From Phoronis australis (lineage: Eukaryota; Animalia; Phoronida): 64,000 bases of DNA. Positions 22,987 through 35,799 of this stretch are shown here, in pieces. Positions within the stretch are counted from its first letter, which is position 1. Every line of letters begins with the position of its first letter. The stretch spans positions 709,950-773,949 of the forward strand of contig NMRA01000172.1 of assembly GCA_002633005.1 (NCBI GenBank). Reading direction: 5' to 3'. The notes beneath the pieces are model-generated. The model worked only from the letters and a program-made list of their open reading frames with translations, was not told the origin of the DNA and did not search any database. Position numbers and translations under genes: made by a program.

Positions 22987-25900
22987 CAGTGGCGGATTTA
23001 AGATATTACAAGGGGGGCCCCCACATTTTGTCTGTAAACATTTGCTCAAAGCACGAATGTATATGCGCATAGCACCGAATGGGGAGAGGTCGGGGGGGTT
23101 TGTCCCCCTCCCGCTCAGGAAATTTTTCGTTTTTTTTCCTCTAAAATCAAGCATTTTCCTTGTTTCCCGAAGTATTATCCAAGAAAAAAGGCAAAAAACG
23201 GAGAAAGTGTCCTACAGGACAAACTGTAAGTACAACAGACTCGAACTCACGTCCTGGCGGACAGAGCTCTCGTGCTTTACCACTGCACCACCACGATTTA
23301 ACTCCTTATCTGTTACTAAGAGACCTACTTGTTTATAGTCCACAGTGTTTGCGCGCGACACCTCCTTCTTTTTGTAAAGCTTATTACAAGTTTTATATTT
23401 TGTGATATCGGTTCGTAACAAATTTGTTGTATTGAAAATAATCTTCAATAGCCCAAAAGACCAAATCCGTTTTTTGTTGGCAATAATGACGCGATTGCTT
23501 TGGAAATCGGTTTGACAAAGAGAGAATTGTTAGTGTCCGAGTGATTCACTAAGGCTTCGATTGAAATTGACATCTTACCAGCAGCTTCTGTTTTTTCATC
23601 ATCACTAATATTCCATTTTCTTTAAAAAAATGAAGTAATTTTCTTCATTGCACAGTGGAGCAGACGACGGAAACGGAGTCGTAGTGTCCAGCGCCACTGC
23701 CGGTCGCCCCCCCCCCCCCAACACAAAACCGAACACATTCGAATCTTGTTTCAGTCGTATAATTTTAAGTACTAGTCCACGAGAGCACCAACCATGAGCG
23801 GCAAGGTTGGGGTTAGCCGATTTTCACCAAATTTAGCACATATGTAGTCCTATGGGGTCTATAAACAGCGGTAAAATATTTCCTCAAAATATTGCGTTTT
23901 TCTGAAGTTATACATGTAGGTTCAAACACATTTTACGGCTTCGAGGCCATGTTTTCACGGTATAAAAACTGTCCAGGTTTAACTGTTCATATTTTTCCTT
24001 GAATGAAAGCTATTGATTTATTATTCACTTGGCATTGTTTAGTGGAGCCCACTGTTATGAAAATGAAACTTAGCCAAAATGTTGACAAAACATGTTACTT
24101 TCATTGCATAAAATAAAAACTTTGTCAGCCAGTTTATTAGTTATACATTTTGGCACCTCAAATGTACTAAAACGAGAAATTTTCATATATCTGAGATCGA
24201 TGCGTGAGCACCGTAAAATCCGATTGTCCTTCATGTTTTTCGATATTTTGCAACAAGTTAGTTCCTCCTGAATGTTTTGAACGTTTTACTACTTATCACT
24301 TAAGGCTATAGTGCCCCTAAATACCATACATGGCTCCATTTTGTAAAAAGCCGATTATGTCCTCCAAAGTGAACAGGGTTAGACATGAACTCGACAAATG
24401 TGGGTTATTTTGATTTACAGTTGTTTTACTTTGCAATTTCCTCATGGGCATTTCTTCACACATATCCAAGTCAGATTTTCTGTTGATCAAATGTTCATGC
24501 AATGCATTGTAATATCAAATGAATGACAAGTTTGGTAGCATGACCGCAATTTTTCCCACGACTTAAAACAAAAGACCGCAGAAATTTTCCTGACGAAATA
24601 CCGGGTTTGCAGTTCTCTAAAATCCACGATTCGAATGACAAGACAAACTCCACCACTGTCCGTGGCAACTCGTCGCATGTTTTTCGCCCATCGGTCCTAT
24701 CATTGTTTTCCTTTGTTGTGTCATTGTTGGATATAACAACACAGGTCGCATGGATATAGAACCTTGCGTACATCAGACCGTTGCCGATAAGTGCTCGTCA
24801 TTATATCTTTATTATAACAACGGGAACAATGAAGATGCTAATCTATTGTTCTCTATGCGACCAGGTTTCCCGTGGATGACCACAGAAGAGGAATCCCGAA
24901 GTATCCACAAACAATGACCACGCACCTTAGTAACTATTACCGCGCACACGAATCCTTTCCGTGGAACCTACATGTAAACACCAAATTTTTATATCCGTGT
25001 ATTGTGTTGTATTGCTCATGGTACGGGTTCAGACTCTGTTGTATTAAGATTCCAATCCCCAACCCTGTAATATGTAGTTTGAGTAAAATTTCTAGACAAT
25101 GCAGGTTTATGGATTTATTCTCCTTTAAATGAAGAGTAAAAATCAAATTCTGCACAGGTTTTTTAAAAGTAATCACTTATTGGAAGATCACACATCTAAA
25201 AAATAAAACAATGTTTGACAACTTTATTCATTATCTTATTTGAAAATTGCCTACCTCACAGACAACTCATCTATGCTGAAAATATTCCTTGTGAAAAAAT
25301 ATAAAATACCAACCAGAGACTTGTGTACTACAAAATATGTTTTCGTAATACAATGCAAAGATAATTGTACAGTCAAAAGTGCAAATGTTATCACTCTAAT
25401 AAAAAGTTGCCTTCTAGATCTTTTCAACACTCTAATTGCTACAGGACAGAGTCAACCACACAAAGCTCATAAAGTCAGGGAATTACATTTAAGGTGATGT
25501 AGTCTCACTGCGAAAAAGTGATTTCGCAATATCGCTGACAACACTGGAAATCTCTTCTTCACAAACTTGAGGTAGCTGTATTTACCACATCAATGTTCTT
25601 ATCAAAACTAACCACCACAAAATGAAAAATTGGCTTGTCGGTTCCAATTAGGCAGCATTTTACAATGAAATGGTCATGAAAAAATACTTTTGCAACATGG
25701 TTTGCATTACAATTGCCCTACGATTACAGTTGTACATACATACTAGACCAGTAACAAAATTACCCATGGGAACCATAAAATGGTCAATTCGCCAAAAAAA
25801 CAAGGAGCCACCAGAGCTAATGTGCCAATACTTTTCAGTACTGCAACAAAAATCATTTGAAGTGGACATAAACTCGCCTAAAATCACATAAAACAACTTT

Positions 25901-28785
25901 TGATTTAGACATTTTACCATCACGAAATAGGTATTACTTCCAGGTCACTTTTGAGCAATTTCAGAACTTTGAAAGATCTGGCAATATGCAATTGCTAGAG
26001 ACCAGACTAATAGTGTGCGATTTTATACACACAGCATGGTCTCAAGGAATAGCAAACTGTCAATTCGCTACAATTCCAGAAATCACTTCCCATCTGGATA
26101 AGGAACAAACTGAGCAAAGTTTATAGAGGTAAATGGTCTAAATCAAAATTTATTACCTCCTGGACAGAATATGGGTTTACAACCCAGGCAGAAAGATAAG
26201 TTAACAAAACCAGCCTAACTGCAACAGGGTCTCAAATTTCAGTAATATATACCCATTTACAAACAAAAATCTATAATGGTAAATAAAATGCGGAAACATA
26301 AATTCAGATCAATTACGCATCTTCAAGGAAAAGGAATAGTACAGTGGTCAGAAATCATCTAAATGTGATGGCGACACTGAGAAATCCTGTCAGACCAAAA
26401 AATCCAGTGGCTAAACAAAATGAACAATGTACCATTACCATGTGGCCCAGGATCATAATCCGTGCCTGGACAAAAATTCAGTCTTAGACTAGGTAAATTT
26501 TAGATTTGTGCTGTTCACACAAGCAGTTCTGGTGCAAACAAAGCTTGCGACAACACACAAGCCTACTTCCCTACACAGCTGTGCTGATACAATAATGCCC
26601 CCACTGGATTTAGCAGATCAGCCAGAGTATTTACAGGTCCAGCCACTGTACTGTTTCCTCCCTTTGAATTTTTACAATGCTACATCCTTGACAATCGCAG
26701 ATTGCCTCTTTCTATGCATACTCCACTTCCTCTGTCCCAGTTTCCCCACATTTGCTGAAAGTGGCCTATCTCAACAAATTACTTTGGACCTGTTGTGGTA
26801 TAAGCCAGTAATCTTTGGCAAATACTTTTTCCCCAACTCGTTCCTCAAGCTACAAATTCTCTTTGACATATCTTCTGGGAGTAGACTTTTCGGCCTCTCT
26901 CTAGCCCCCTCACTTAGTTGTCCAGAAGGGTACCTTCTTGCTGGTTGTGAACTTTTCCATACCCAACCTTTACTAATAATCGGCAAGTCTCCAACTTCAG
27001 CAGAAGCCACTTCTTCAGCATAAGCCTTTCCTGATTCCTAAAATTGTATTAATGAAAAATTAAACATATTAAATTTAATGTGGCCATTTCGGCTCACAAA
27101 ATATGAATACCAAGCTAAAGTGAAGGCACCAATATTTTTGACGGCTTTAGCATGTTTAATTAACTTCATAATCGCAGAAAATCATTGGTAGACAAAACAT
27201 ACTCCCTAGTCTCTAAAAGTAGTTCATGGGCAGAAGTCATGTTACACATTTGGTGGTTGTTATGAAAAGTTATGATGACTACCTATTTTCTATGCCAATG
27301 TATACATGTAGTTGCATAAACATCAACACATTTGAATAAGATATGATTAAGCAATAAGGCCCAAGTTATAAGCAATCACGGTGTGTCAATAAAAGTATTT
27401 TTGCATGAATGACGTGCTTCTAAAAATATTCCTCAGGGTCAGACCCTGGAGTTTCGTGATTCCTACCTGAGCTCACACGAAGCAGTACGTTCAAGTTGAA
27501 CCTTGACTTAACGTCTTTGGTCATTTTCCAGACCTCTATCAGGCTCTATCAGATTTCTCCTCTAGTGTGCAGTGGATGTTCTCAGTGTCTTTGGCGACAG
27601 CAATATATCTCGAGTGTTGTAACGATGATTCCGGCAAGTGAATCTAATACGGCAGATTATGTAGCTCCTGCTGCACACCTGCCTCCGAGGCAGACACTGA
27701 GACAGACTACTTCTCAGGAGGACACGTTCCACCTCCACGTTAGCTCCACGTAAGGTGCTCAAATGTCTCGCTCTATACCTTGTGCATTTCCCAAGAGTTT
27801 GCAAAGTTGTTTCTCTCCGCAATTTGTAGGAATACCACATTCGATGCGACTGGCAGTGCCAGATAAATAGATAAACCCGCACTATACATGTACATGTAGG
27901 TCAGTCATCATTCAACTAACGCATTGTAAGCTTTAGTTTGGTATTCAGACGAGTTGGATGAACAAATTTAGTATAATTTCATATTTTAGTGGGAAATGCT
28001 AGTGTCCTTAAAATTAATTAAAAACATTTAAGCAAACCAATTCTTTTAATTGTTGTATTATACCACGGCATATTAATGCGTAGAAACGCGCACAGCTAGT
28101 GACTGGTTTAACATGACAAATACACATACGCTGTCTGAAAATAATGAAATTCAGACACCTATTACCAAGCCTGCCTGAAGGGCTGACAAAGTTTTTATTG
28201 TATTAATTTCAAGGGCATGGAGTCTTCTACATGTCCATGTGATTATTTTTAGTTTTCTCGTGGGGGCAGCTTCGCTATAAAGGTACAACTTACTGCTGGT
28301 TTTTCACAAGAAGGAAATGTACCTTCACGGAAACAGTTCCAGTGTTACCATGGTAACCGATATTGTAGTGTTGGTGCCGTTTTTACTGACAATGGTCATG
28401 AACCTATCATGTGATATCAAAATTGTTCAGAAACGATTCTGTTTGAAGCAGAAACTGGAGTAGAAAATTTGGTCAAAAATGACTCATTCCACACCAAGAA
28501 ATTGCCTCATTTTGCCCCCAAGAACACTTCCCTTGTATCTCCTAAACCATCAAACTTTGTGGTGTCATACTTCACCCAATTACTCTCATCCCTAATGTGA
28601 TTTATCAGACTAAACATGGATCTGAATGGCTGACCCCCCACCTTGCCGCTTGTAGGCTGTACAGTGGTCGGTGGATCCGTGGACTGATACTTAATTACCG
28701 GGGTTAATTAATAAACTCAACATTTCCCGACGCTCTTGCTGCAGCCAAGGGGGGTCCCCTGTCCCCCCCCCTAAATCCGCCTATG
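22987..28785 (+). mobile_element. hAT-like family M element (22987-23706 + ~28720-28785) containing a tRNA-like segment
   Basis: Starts CAGTGGCGGAT and ends ATCCGCCTATG; body matches 5230-5919 and 60744-61333. Confidence 0.75.
23769..28690 (-). mobile_element. Internally deleted Sola3-like DNA transposon
   Basis: TTAA on both sides (23765-23768, 28691-28694); imperfect ~50-60 bp TIR (GTA..AGTCCACG..CACC.ACCA...GCGGCAAGGT.GGGG); minus-strand remnants of the N-terminal (LGKCTR..RHL..E..LLRS..CRNHR..HPLH, ~27470-27860) and C-terminal (KGWVWK..PEDMSKRI..G.K.F..WLIPQQVQS, ~26550-27037) transposase regions; no catalytic core seen. Confidence 0.6.
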
Positions 28786-29812
28786 AATTACACCCGAGTT
28801 CGAATTTTTGATATTTTCTAAGTAGTGAATTTTCGCAGTAGTTAAACTTTCGAAGAGGTGAACCATCGGATTTATGAATATTCGGAATAGTGGGCGGTTC
28901 TCATTTCAGGCAATGTAAGCATCTTAAAAAACACGCAAAAATACAGTCAGATAAAAAAATTACGTCAAGTCATCAAGTCATTCTCCAACTAAATATTTCC
29001 GTCCTAGTATGCAATGAGGTGTAATCACTCATTTAAGCGCGTCTCAGGTTAGAAACTTTGGCAGGAGGTCAAGTGAGAAGGTTCTCTTTCTGGACGACAT
29101 TAGATCCGAACTTGAGTCTCGTTCTTCGCGAGCAACCGTCACGGCATTCTCATTTCTGGTATTACAGATTCCGTCTTATCTCAGGATCATCAAGCTGAAA
29201 CTCATCGTTGTGTATACAGATTTCCATCCCCTCCCCCCTAATAAAGCTGCTCCAAGGGCCTTACAGCGCAAAGCTGGTTACGGGCCGGACATCACTTACA
29301 GGGCCCCCCAGGGTTCTTCTCTGGGGTCTCTTATTGCATTATTTATGTTGACGTCAGCAGTACCTAACAATATCGGAATACAAAATCAGAAGCTGAATCA
29401 AGTTCACGTATAAACGAAAGGTTCATGTCTCAGTATTTACTACTTGTCACTGAGTCTGCATAATTAGTCCGTCACATATTCTTGGTCGGTTTCCGCTAAA
29501 CTGTAAGCTCACAATCGGATCTGTCAATGCAAAATTTTTCGTGTAAGTCATCAGCAATTGATTTGTGCTGTCATGCGTACTCGCTACAAGTATCATCCTA
29601 ACCAGTGGCGAATTAACGAAGGGGTTAAAATTCACTCAGATTCCATTTGGCAGTTCGAGTTGCGAATTGCTGACTAGCATATGCGCGCACCCATGGGGGC
29701 TTCGGGGGCAAATGCACAATACATAGGCCTTGAACATACCCCGATTTTAGTAATAAGGTCCACAAACCCAAAAATTCAAGTGGGCTGGGCGCGCGCATGA
29801 GGCGAAATTCTG

Positions 29813-31197
29813 GGCCCGGTCTCCAATCTACGTACTCAGACTAATACTCATACTCGAGATTTCATACTCAAAATCGTGCTCACTGGAGTCGTACTCAAAA
29901 AAGCGTATCTAATGTCGTATTTCGAGTAGACTCCAAACGTACTCAAATCTGACACTCATACTCGAGTTGCTATGGAACTCTTTATGATGTGAAGTGCAAA
30001 ATCACGCAAAGCCGCGCTGATTCAGCGCTCGCTATTGGAATAGACCACCTCAAGAACTAGGCCTACATGTACACTATCGTCTGCTGTCGCTACAAGTACA
30101 AGAGTATGTCTATAACGTGGAATTCTCAGTGTTCTGTAACTGTTATTCATTTTTTAGTTTCATTAAATATTCGTATGCCATTTCTTTGATACATTTGGCA
30201 ATCATTAAGCTTTACTTCTTGAGTTCCTCACCCAGTCCCGAAAATGTCTGAAATTTGTAACAGCTTATCACTTCACATCACATCTCTGTTTCTAATTTAG
30301 TCTTGACATAAAACCCATTGCTGTGTAGGCCTACGCTGATGTGAAACTTTGATACTGTACCTTTGTATTTCACCGGGATGTATCAAGTGAGTTGACATTT
30401 GGCACGTGAGTTAAAAAACAATACTTGTGCAGGCAGTCAGAGTTCACCAGTGGCAGTGAACGGGACGAGACGTCTACTTAGAAATCGGCAAACAAAATCT
30501 GGAATTCCATTTGGGGATTGAGGAATTATAGATGACTAAGTTATGATGAGAAATATACCTGACATGGAAGCGACCTTTTTTAACTTCCCTCCCCTCCTCG
30601 TGTTTTGGAAACCCTACAAAACGTAGGCACACATACCGAAATAAGGACAGCACAAACTTCTCACACGACTTTTCCCACAACTGCTTTCGACGCTTGTTAT
30701 GACTTGCCGACAATGCGCCTGTTGCCAGCAATTGTAGAGGTAGAATGGCGGCCATAACATACAGTGATACGGCGGGTTATTAAGGTGAAGAATAAGAAGA
30801 TTTAAGATGAAAACTATTATCTCTGAAACGGAAATTGAAGTGCTGAGATATGGTAAGAGGACTTATTTTTTTAGATTTGCGGTGTTTCTTGGTTCCCTTT
30901 CGATATTTTGTTCTCTGGCTCGTATTTATTTTCGAGGACGATTTCAAGCACACTGCCATGCCAAACTTGAAATTTGAGCATAGACTCCAAATTTTTACTC
31001 AAAATCGTACTCGAAATATAGATGAGATACACTTCAGTTCGAGTACACTCGAAAACTGAGTACGTGCTCGAAATTTCGAGTACAGATTTTTCGAGTGTGA
31101 CATTGAATACACCAAAGCTGAGTTTGTACTCGAGTTGAGTATGAAGTGTGAGTTTGAGCATGATTCGAGTCTGAGTACGGAGATTGGAGACCGGGCC
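29813..31197. mobile_element. Complete ~1.39-kb non-autonomous PIF/Harbinger-type element
   Basis: ~30-bp TIR GGCCCGGTCTCCAATCT.CGTACTCAGACT; CTG target-site duplication (29810-29812, 31198-31200); TACTC/GAGTA subterminal repeats. Confidence 0.88.
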
Positions 31198-31680
31198 CTG
31201 GTTATTCCTGTGCCCTTCCTCCCCCCAATTCAAAATCCTGGGTCCGCCCCTCCTAACAAATTTGACTTCATTTTAAGTAGATCCCTTAGAGCGACAAATG
31301 TTCGGAAGGGCTTTTAAGTAAAGTCCCGCCGAAAAATTCAACTCATCAGTTTCCAAAACATTTTCACTGCGGCTCATTGCAGAGCTTAGCGGCCGCGTCG
31401 CCTATTAAAAGCTTCCGAAAAAGCGCATTATTTCGCTTACATGCGGCCTTTTACGCCGATAGTTCCTAACTTTACTGATACTCACGTTAAAAAACATTTA
31501 TAATGAAATCAGCTTTGAAATATAAATCATGAGGAAAACAACTCCTATCTGAACTTATCAAACTAAACCTTCTTATCATCAGTGAGAAATCGAAGGTGTG
31601 GAAATTGAAATACCAGGCCAGTCATCGCTATATGCCATACACGTATATCGCTCTTAGTCGTCACAATGACGACTTACATA

Positions 31681-32040
31681 TTGATCCAGGCAATACGGCA
31701 AAATGAAGACATGACGACTTACATATAACTCGTCTAAATGACGACTTACATATAACTCGTCTAAATGAGGCGTGCGTTCAGTAGACGCTAGGACCTACGC
31801 TAGGACCTACGCTAGGACCTAGCTAAAACCTAGTCAAAGTCACGTGTTCTCATTTAAAATACACGGCAACATCTCACGTAATCTCGCGAAGTCTCGCTTT
31901 TTAGCGAGGACCTAGCGTTACTGAACGGGTGGCTGGACTTACATAAAAGTCGCCACTTCGATAAATCGTCCCTGTTTCGCGGCCCCCCCAGCGTGACGAT
32001 TTAAATGAGGTCGCTTGTAGTACCATATTGCCTGGATCAA
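31681..32040. mobile_element. MITE containing a second small palindromic element
   Basis: 18-bp TIR TTGATCCAGGCAATA(C/T)GG; inner inverted repeat CGTTCAGTA(G)ACGCTAGG...CCTAGCGTTACTGAACG (~31776-31927); ACGCTAGGACCT x3; 28-bp tandem duplication at ~31711-31768. Confidence 0.7.
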
Positions 32041-32585
32041 GCCCAGAGTGTACTCGAATAAGCACCTGGAGTTAAAAGTTCAACACCGACTCTTGCAATG
32101 GTTGTCGGTGCACAACACTATTTGCATAATGGAAAGCAGAAATAGCAGTAGTGCGTCCAGTCATGCATGTCAAAGGTGGGAAACTCAAACATTACACGTT
32201 GCTTTTAACTATGATGATCAAGTAGCGTGGTTGAATATTATTTACTGTAGTATTTTCTATAATACACAGTTTACAAGCTAGAAGCTCTTGAATTGTTAAG
32301 ACTTCTGAAATAGTGTAACTTTTATCATTAAAAGCTATTAAACATCAAGTTTTATTCAGGCTTGCCTAAATTGTTTGATGAGACTCTGGTCACAGCACCA
32401 TGAATTTCATTTAGAACTCATAGCTTTGTTGCAATGAGAGTTACGGGTGCTTAAAGACAAAGATTGGTGTTCCAATTATATGACTCATATGTTGACTGCT
32501 GATTCACGTCTGAAGAGTGAAAAATGTCTTAGGCAAGAACACCAAGTTGTAATTGCCTCAAACAGCCTAGTCATACACCATCTCT

Positions 32586-32711
32586 TCAAGAAAATGGGAA
32601 AGGTACTCCAAATTTTCTGCACAATTGTTTCAAACACTGTTCATATTTCTTGTTCAACTTTGCAGACACCTGTAGAGCAAACTTGACATCTTCTATCTCC
32701 TCAAAGAACGT
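32586..32711 (-). CDS. Terminal coding exon of coiled-coil gene with CEP290-like C-terminus
   Basis: TTTCAG acceptor; TFFEEIEDVKFALQVSAKLNKKYEQCLKQLCRKFGVPFPFS*; resembles the DPSFFEEIEDLK motif at the CEP290 C-terminus. Confidence 0.78.
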   Translation of the reverse strand, partial: TFFEEIEDVKFALQVSAKLNKKYEQCLKQLCRKFGVPFPFS

Positions 32712-32928
32712 CTGAAACGAGACGATTGCTTGCTTTGGTGAGTCTTTCACAAACTTTTATTTTAGAAATATTTCAAAAAACTTCAAAATAGCTATAGCTT
32801 CCATCAACACAATGGTAACTTTAAAATTCTATTAGATTTAATTATGATATAGATATTAGGTACAAAATCTGGTTAGCACAAATAAATGCATGTCACAAGA
32901 TCAAAGTGATGCATGAGAAACAACTTAC

Positions 32929-33137
32929 CGGATCTAATGTCGAAAGTTCATTTTTAAGCTCTTCACCTCCTTCTGAAGCCTGTCGCGTTCAGCTTTCAAT
33001 TTTCTGTGTTCATGTTTTGATACGGGTGTAGTGCTATGCGACCGTGCCATACGATTGGCTGGTAAAGTGACCCTCCGCATATGCAGACATTCCTTTTGCG
33101 AATCTTTCAGCTTCTCCTCAAGTTGCTGTACTTTCAT
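32929..33137 (-). CDS. Internal exon of the CEP290-like gene (apparent 1-nt deletion)
   Basis: TAG acceptor and GTAAGT donor; MKVQQLEEKLK...RDRLQKEVK, then after a 1-nt shift LKNELSTLDP joining TFFEEIED; 209 nt where 210 would keep frame. Confidence 0.75.
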
Positions 33138-34224
33138 CTACGCAGAATTAATGCAGCATGAACATTGAATTAAACTAGAGGGTCTGAATATACTGAACTA
33201 ATTTGTACTGCTTTATGTGGACACCACACTTGAATTTAATAATCCAAGTTGCCAAGACAACCACGGAAGAGCTGCACTTCGTACTTTGGTTTTAACTGAT
33301 ACCACATTAATGGTTACCCTATGGCCTTATTTCACAAATGCCAATATTTGACTACACACACAGTAAAATGCATACTGATAAATTCATTTTGATACACTGT
33401 GGAGGTAAGGTGGTGGAAGTACCACTAAGTGTTATTCAAAGTAAGGAACGCTTTCCAATCAAGGGTGTGAGGTATGTGGAACAGCAACGATGTTACCATG
33501 GGTCTTGTTTTTCAATGCATTGGCGAAGTCGGCAGATAATTACACCATCTTCATTCAAGTGTTTGATCATTCTGTAGAGTTCTCCTTTTAGGTGACGTGT
33601 AGTTTTCACTGAAGGTGTTTTGAGTTAATAAGTAATGTCTGAACTTTGTATATAATATACTGTAAGCATGACGTTCCTTGCCAAAGCGCTACTTATTTGT
33701 TTTCTTGTATTGTTTTGGCCTAAACCCAGAAGTTGGAATGGTTTCTGTGACTCTTTCAACTAAGATGGTAGATAACTGGCCTGCTGCTCCTGATGCTGGA
33801 CAAAAATGCATGGGAACGCTTAACAATGGGCTAGTCTCTGAACTAGCTTTAAAACCACTTGTCATTTGAAGAAACGTGTCCCTTGTTCTGAACTCAGGTT
33901 AGAAGTGAGTTTTTGAAATAAAAAACAGTTTGATATCGTTTGGGATCAGGGTCAATAATTTGACAAGGTTTAACAATTTAAACACTAACAGCACATTACA
34001 ACCTTTTGAATTTGCAGACCAAATGCAAGACAGTTACCAGCTGGGCACTTAACACCATTATCAAAAACAGAACTCAATTTAATCTACAATAATTGCATCA
34101 AAATGCCACACCTGCTGATCAACACTCCAAATCAAAATGCTTGAAGTTGCAAACTTGCCAAAGCAATACAAATATCAAACAACCTGACACGAAGATTCCA
34201 TCAACCAATCAATACGCAGGAGTC

Positions 34225-34410
34225 AGAGTTTAAAGTTGTATGGAGCGCTGCTTTGGGGCACGGAAGGTTGGATATAACGCGCAACAGTCAGATATAATGC
34301 GCCCACATTTTGATGCCCGCTATTCAGTAGAAAAAACTGGTTCTCAAAATTTGCGCAGGTTGCATCCGACTATGACCCAAAACAGCGCTCATTATACTTT
34401 TTAACCTCTT
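34225..34410. mobile_element. Palindromic MITE (~185 bp)
   Basis: Imperfect ~33-bp TIR (AGAG.TTAAA...GAGCGCTG.TTTGGG); core similar to ~2473-2573. Confidence 0.6.
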
Positions 34411-34420
34411 AATGTAGTAC

Positions 34421-34511
34421 CTTCAATACAGAGATCTGCTGTGCCTGGGAAGTGTTCAGTTGTATGGTTTTGTCTCTTTCCTTCATCAAATTATTATATA
34501 GAGTCACCAAT
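34421..34511 (-). CDS. Internal exon of the CEP290-like gene
   Basis: TTTCAG acceptor and GT donor; LVTLYNNLMKERDKTIQLNTSQAQQISVLK; phase compatible with neighbouring exons. Confidence 0.7.
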
Positions 34512-35321
34512 CTGAAATAACCTTAATCTTACCATTGTTTGCAAAGACCACTCAGAATTCTGTGACATGAAATAAAAGAACTGGAAAATAGTACTGTAAC
34601 AACGTTCTAAACTTGGCTAATGATACATGATATTGCAAAATCATTCTGACTATATAATTGACTGTCAGTTATACTTCAGATATTGGTTTGAACTGCATCA
34701 CTCATCAACTCTCCTTTGCATAACAATGATTTTCGCGAGTTAACTTAGTGCACTGTTGGGAGTAAAAGGAAGAAAAACTATTTTTCACATTGCATTGGAA
34801 ATGCTTATTTGTTCCAAGATTTTTGCACAGTTTAGAATCATGGCTTGATGAATCAGTTTAACATTCCTCTGCAGTTAAGCATTTTCATTGCCTTGATTGG
34901 AGACCCGGCACGTAAACTAGAACCTCTTAAATTAATAATACTTCTCTGATTAACAATATACCCTTATCATAAGCAATGTTGAAAAAAGTTAAAGCCAAGT
35001 TTCAATTATTATTTGAAGGTGACATTTGTATCACGAACTGGGAAAATAAATTGCTATTTTGTAAATTGACACCTGAATGTCTACAGACAAAGGTGGTCAC
35101 ATTTTTGCAGTCAGCATGTATTCCATCATAAAAGTCCAGTACTAATTAATGTATTTATTTGATTTACATTGCAGTTCCTGTACTTAATGGTTGACATAAT
35201 AAACCTCTCAAAATATTGTCACAATAAATAAAAATGTTTAAAGTTTGAACATTTACAAGATTATTTTCCTAATTTGCCAACTCAAAAATGAATAGCAAAT
35301 AGAAATTTCAGGAAGAAATGA

Positions 35322-35626
35322 TCTGAGGAAACCCTGGCCACAGTTTGAGGAAACTCTGGCCACAGTGCCAGTAAACTGGCCACGGTCTGAGGAAACTCTG
35401 GCCACATTCTGAGGAAACTCAGGCCACGGTCTGACGAAACTCAGGCCATGGTCTGAGGAAACTCTGGCCACGGTCTGAGCAAACTCCAGCCACGGTCTGA
35501 GGAAACTCTGTCCACAGTCTGAGCAAACTCTAGCCACGGTCTGAGGAAACTCTGGCCACGCTCCGAGGACACTCAAGCCACGGTCTGAGGAAACTCTGGC
35601 CACAGTCTGAGGAAACTCTGGCCACA
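35322..35626. repeat. 22-bp minisatellite (~14 copies), intronic
   Basis: Unit GGAAACTCTGGCCAC(A/G)GTCTGA. Confidence 0.95.
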
Positions 35627-35757
35627 TACTGAATTAAAGACAATGCTGGACCATATTGTAAGGATCACAAAGTAAAAAGAATGTTTACTGTGAATTAGCA
35701 ACTGGTTGTGATTTGGCAGGCTGAGATGATTGCTTCTTTTGTACTGGCTTCACTGAC

Positions 35758-35799
35758 CTAATCCATCCTGGAAGAGTGCTTTCAGTTTGGGTCTCCACT
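35758..35799 (-). CDS. Candidate 42-nt exon of the CEP290-like gene
   Basis: CTTCAG acceptor and GTCAGT donor; VETQTESTLPGWI; frame-preserving. Confidence 0.5.

Larger units (their letters stand above)
21755..29289 (+). repeat. Repeat family A copy 3, split by nested insertions (own sequence 21755-22986 + 28786-29289)
   Basis: ...GAGTATCAAAATTTAA [insert] AATTACACCCGAGTTC re-joins to match the uninterrupted GAGTATAAAAATGAAACCCGAGTTC at ~19117-19142; possible short TIRs CAGGCCCGTACCCA / TGGTTACGGGCC. Confidence 0.7.

Noticed and set aside
23238-23292. Functional tRNA gene (also ~58466-58525 and 63528-63588)
   Set aside because: A/B boxes only; no convincing acceptor or anticodon stem; copies are diverged or embedded in repeats.
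30474-30860. Possible Myb/SANT-like remnants in the Harbinger element (KRRKQLWEK on minus, SETEIEVL on plus)
   Set aside because: The two hints lie on opposite strands and are too short to call.
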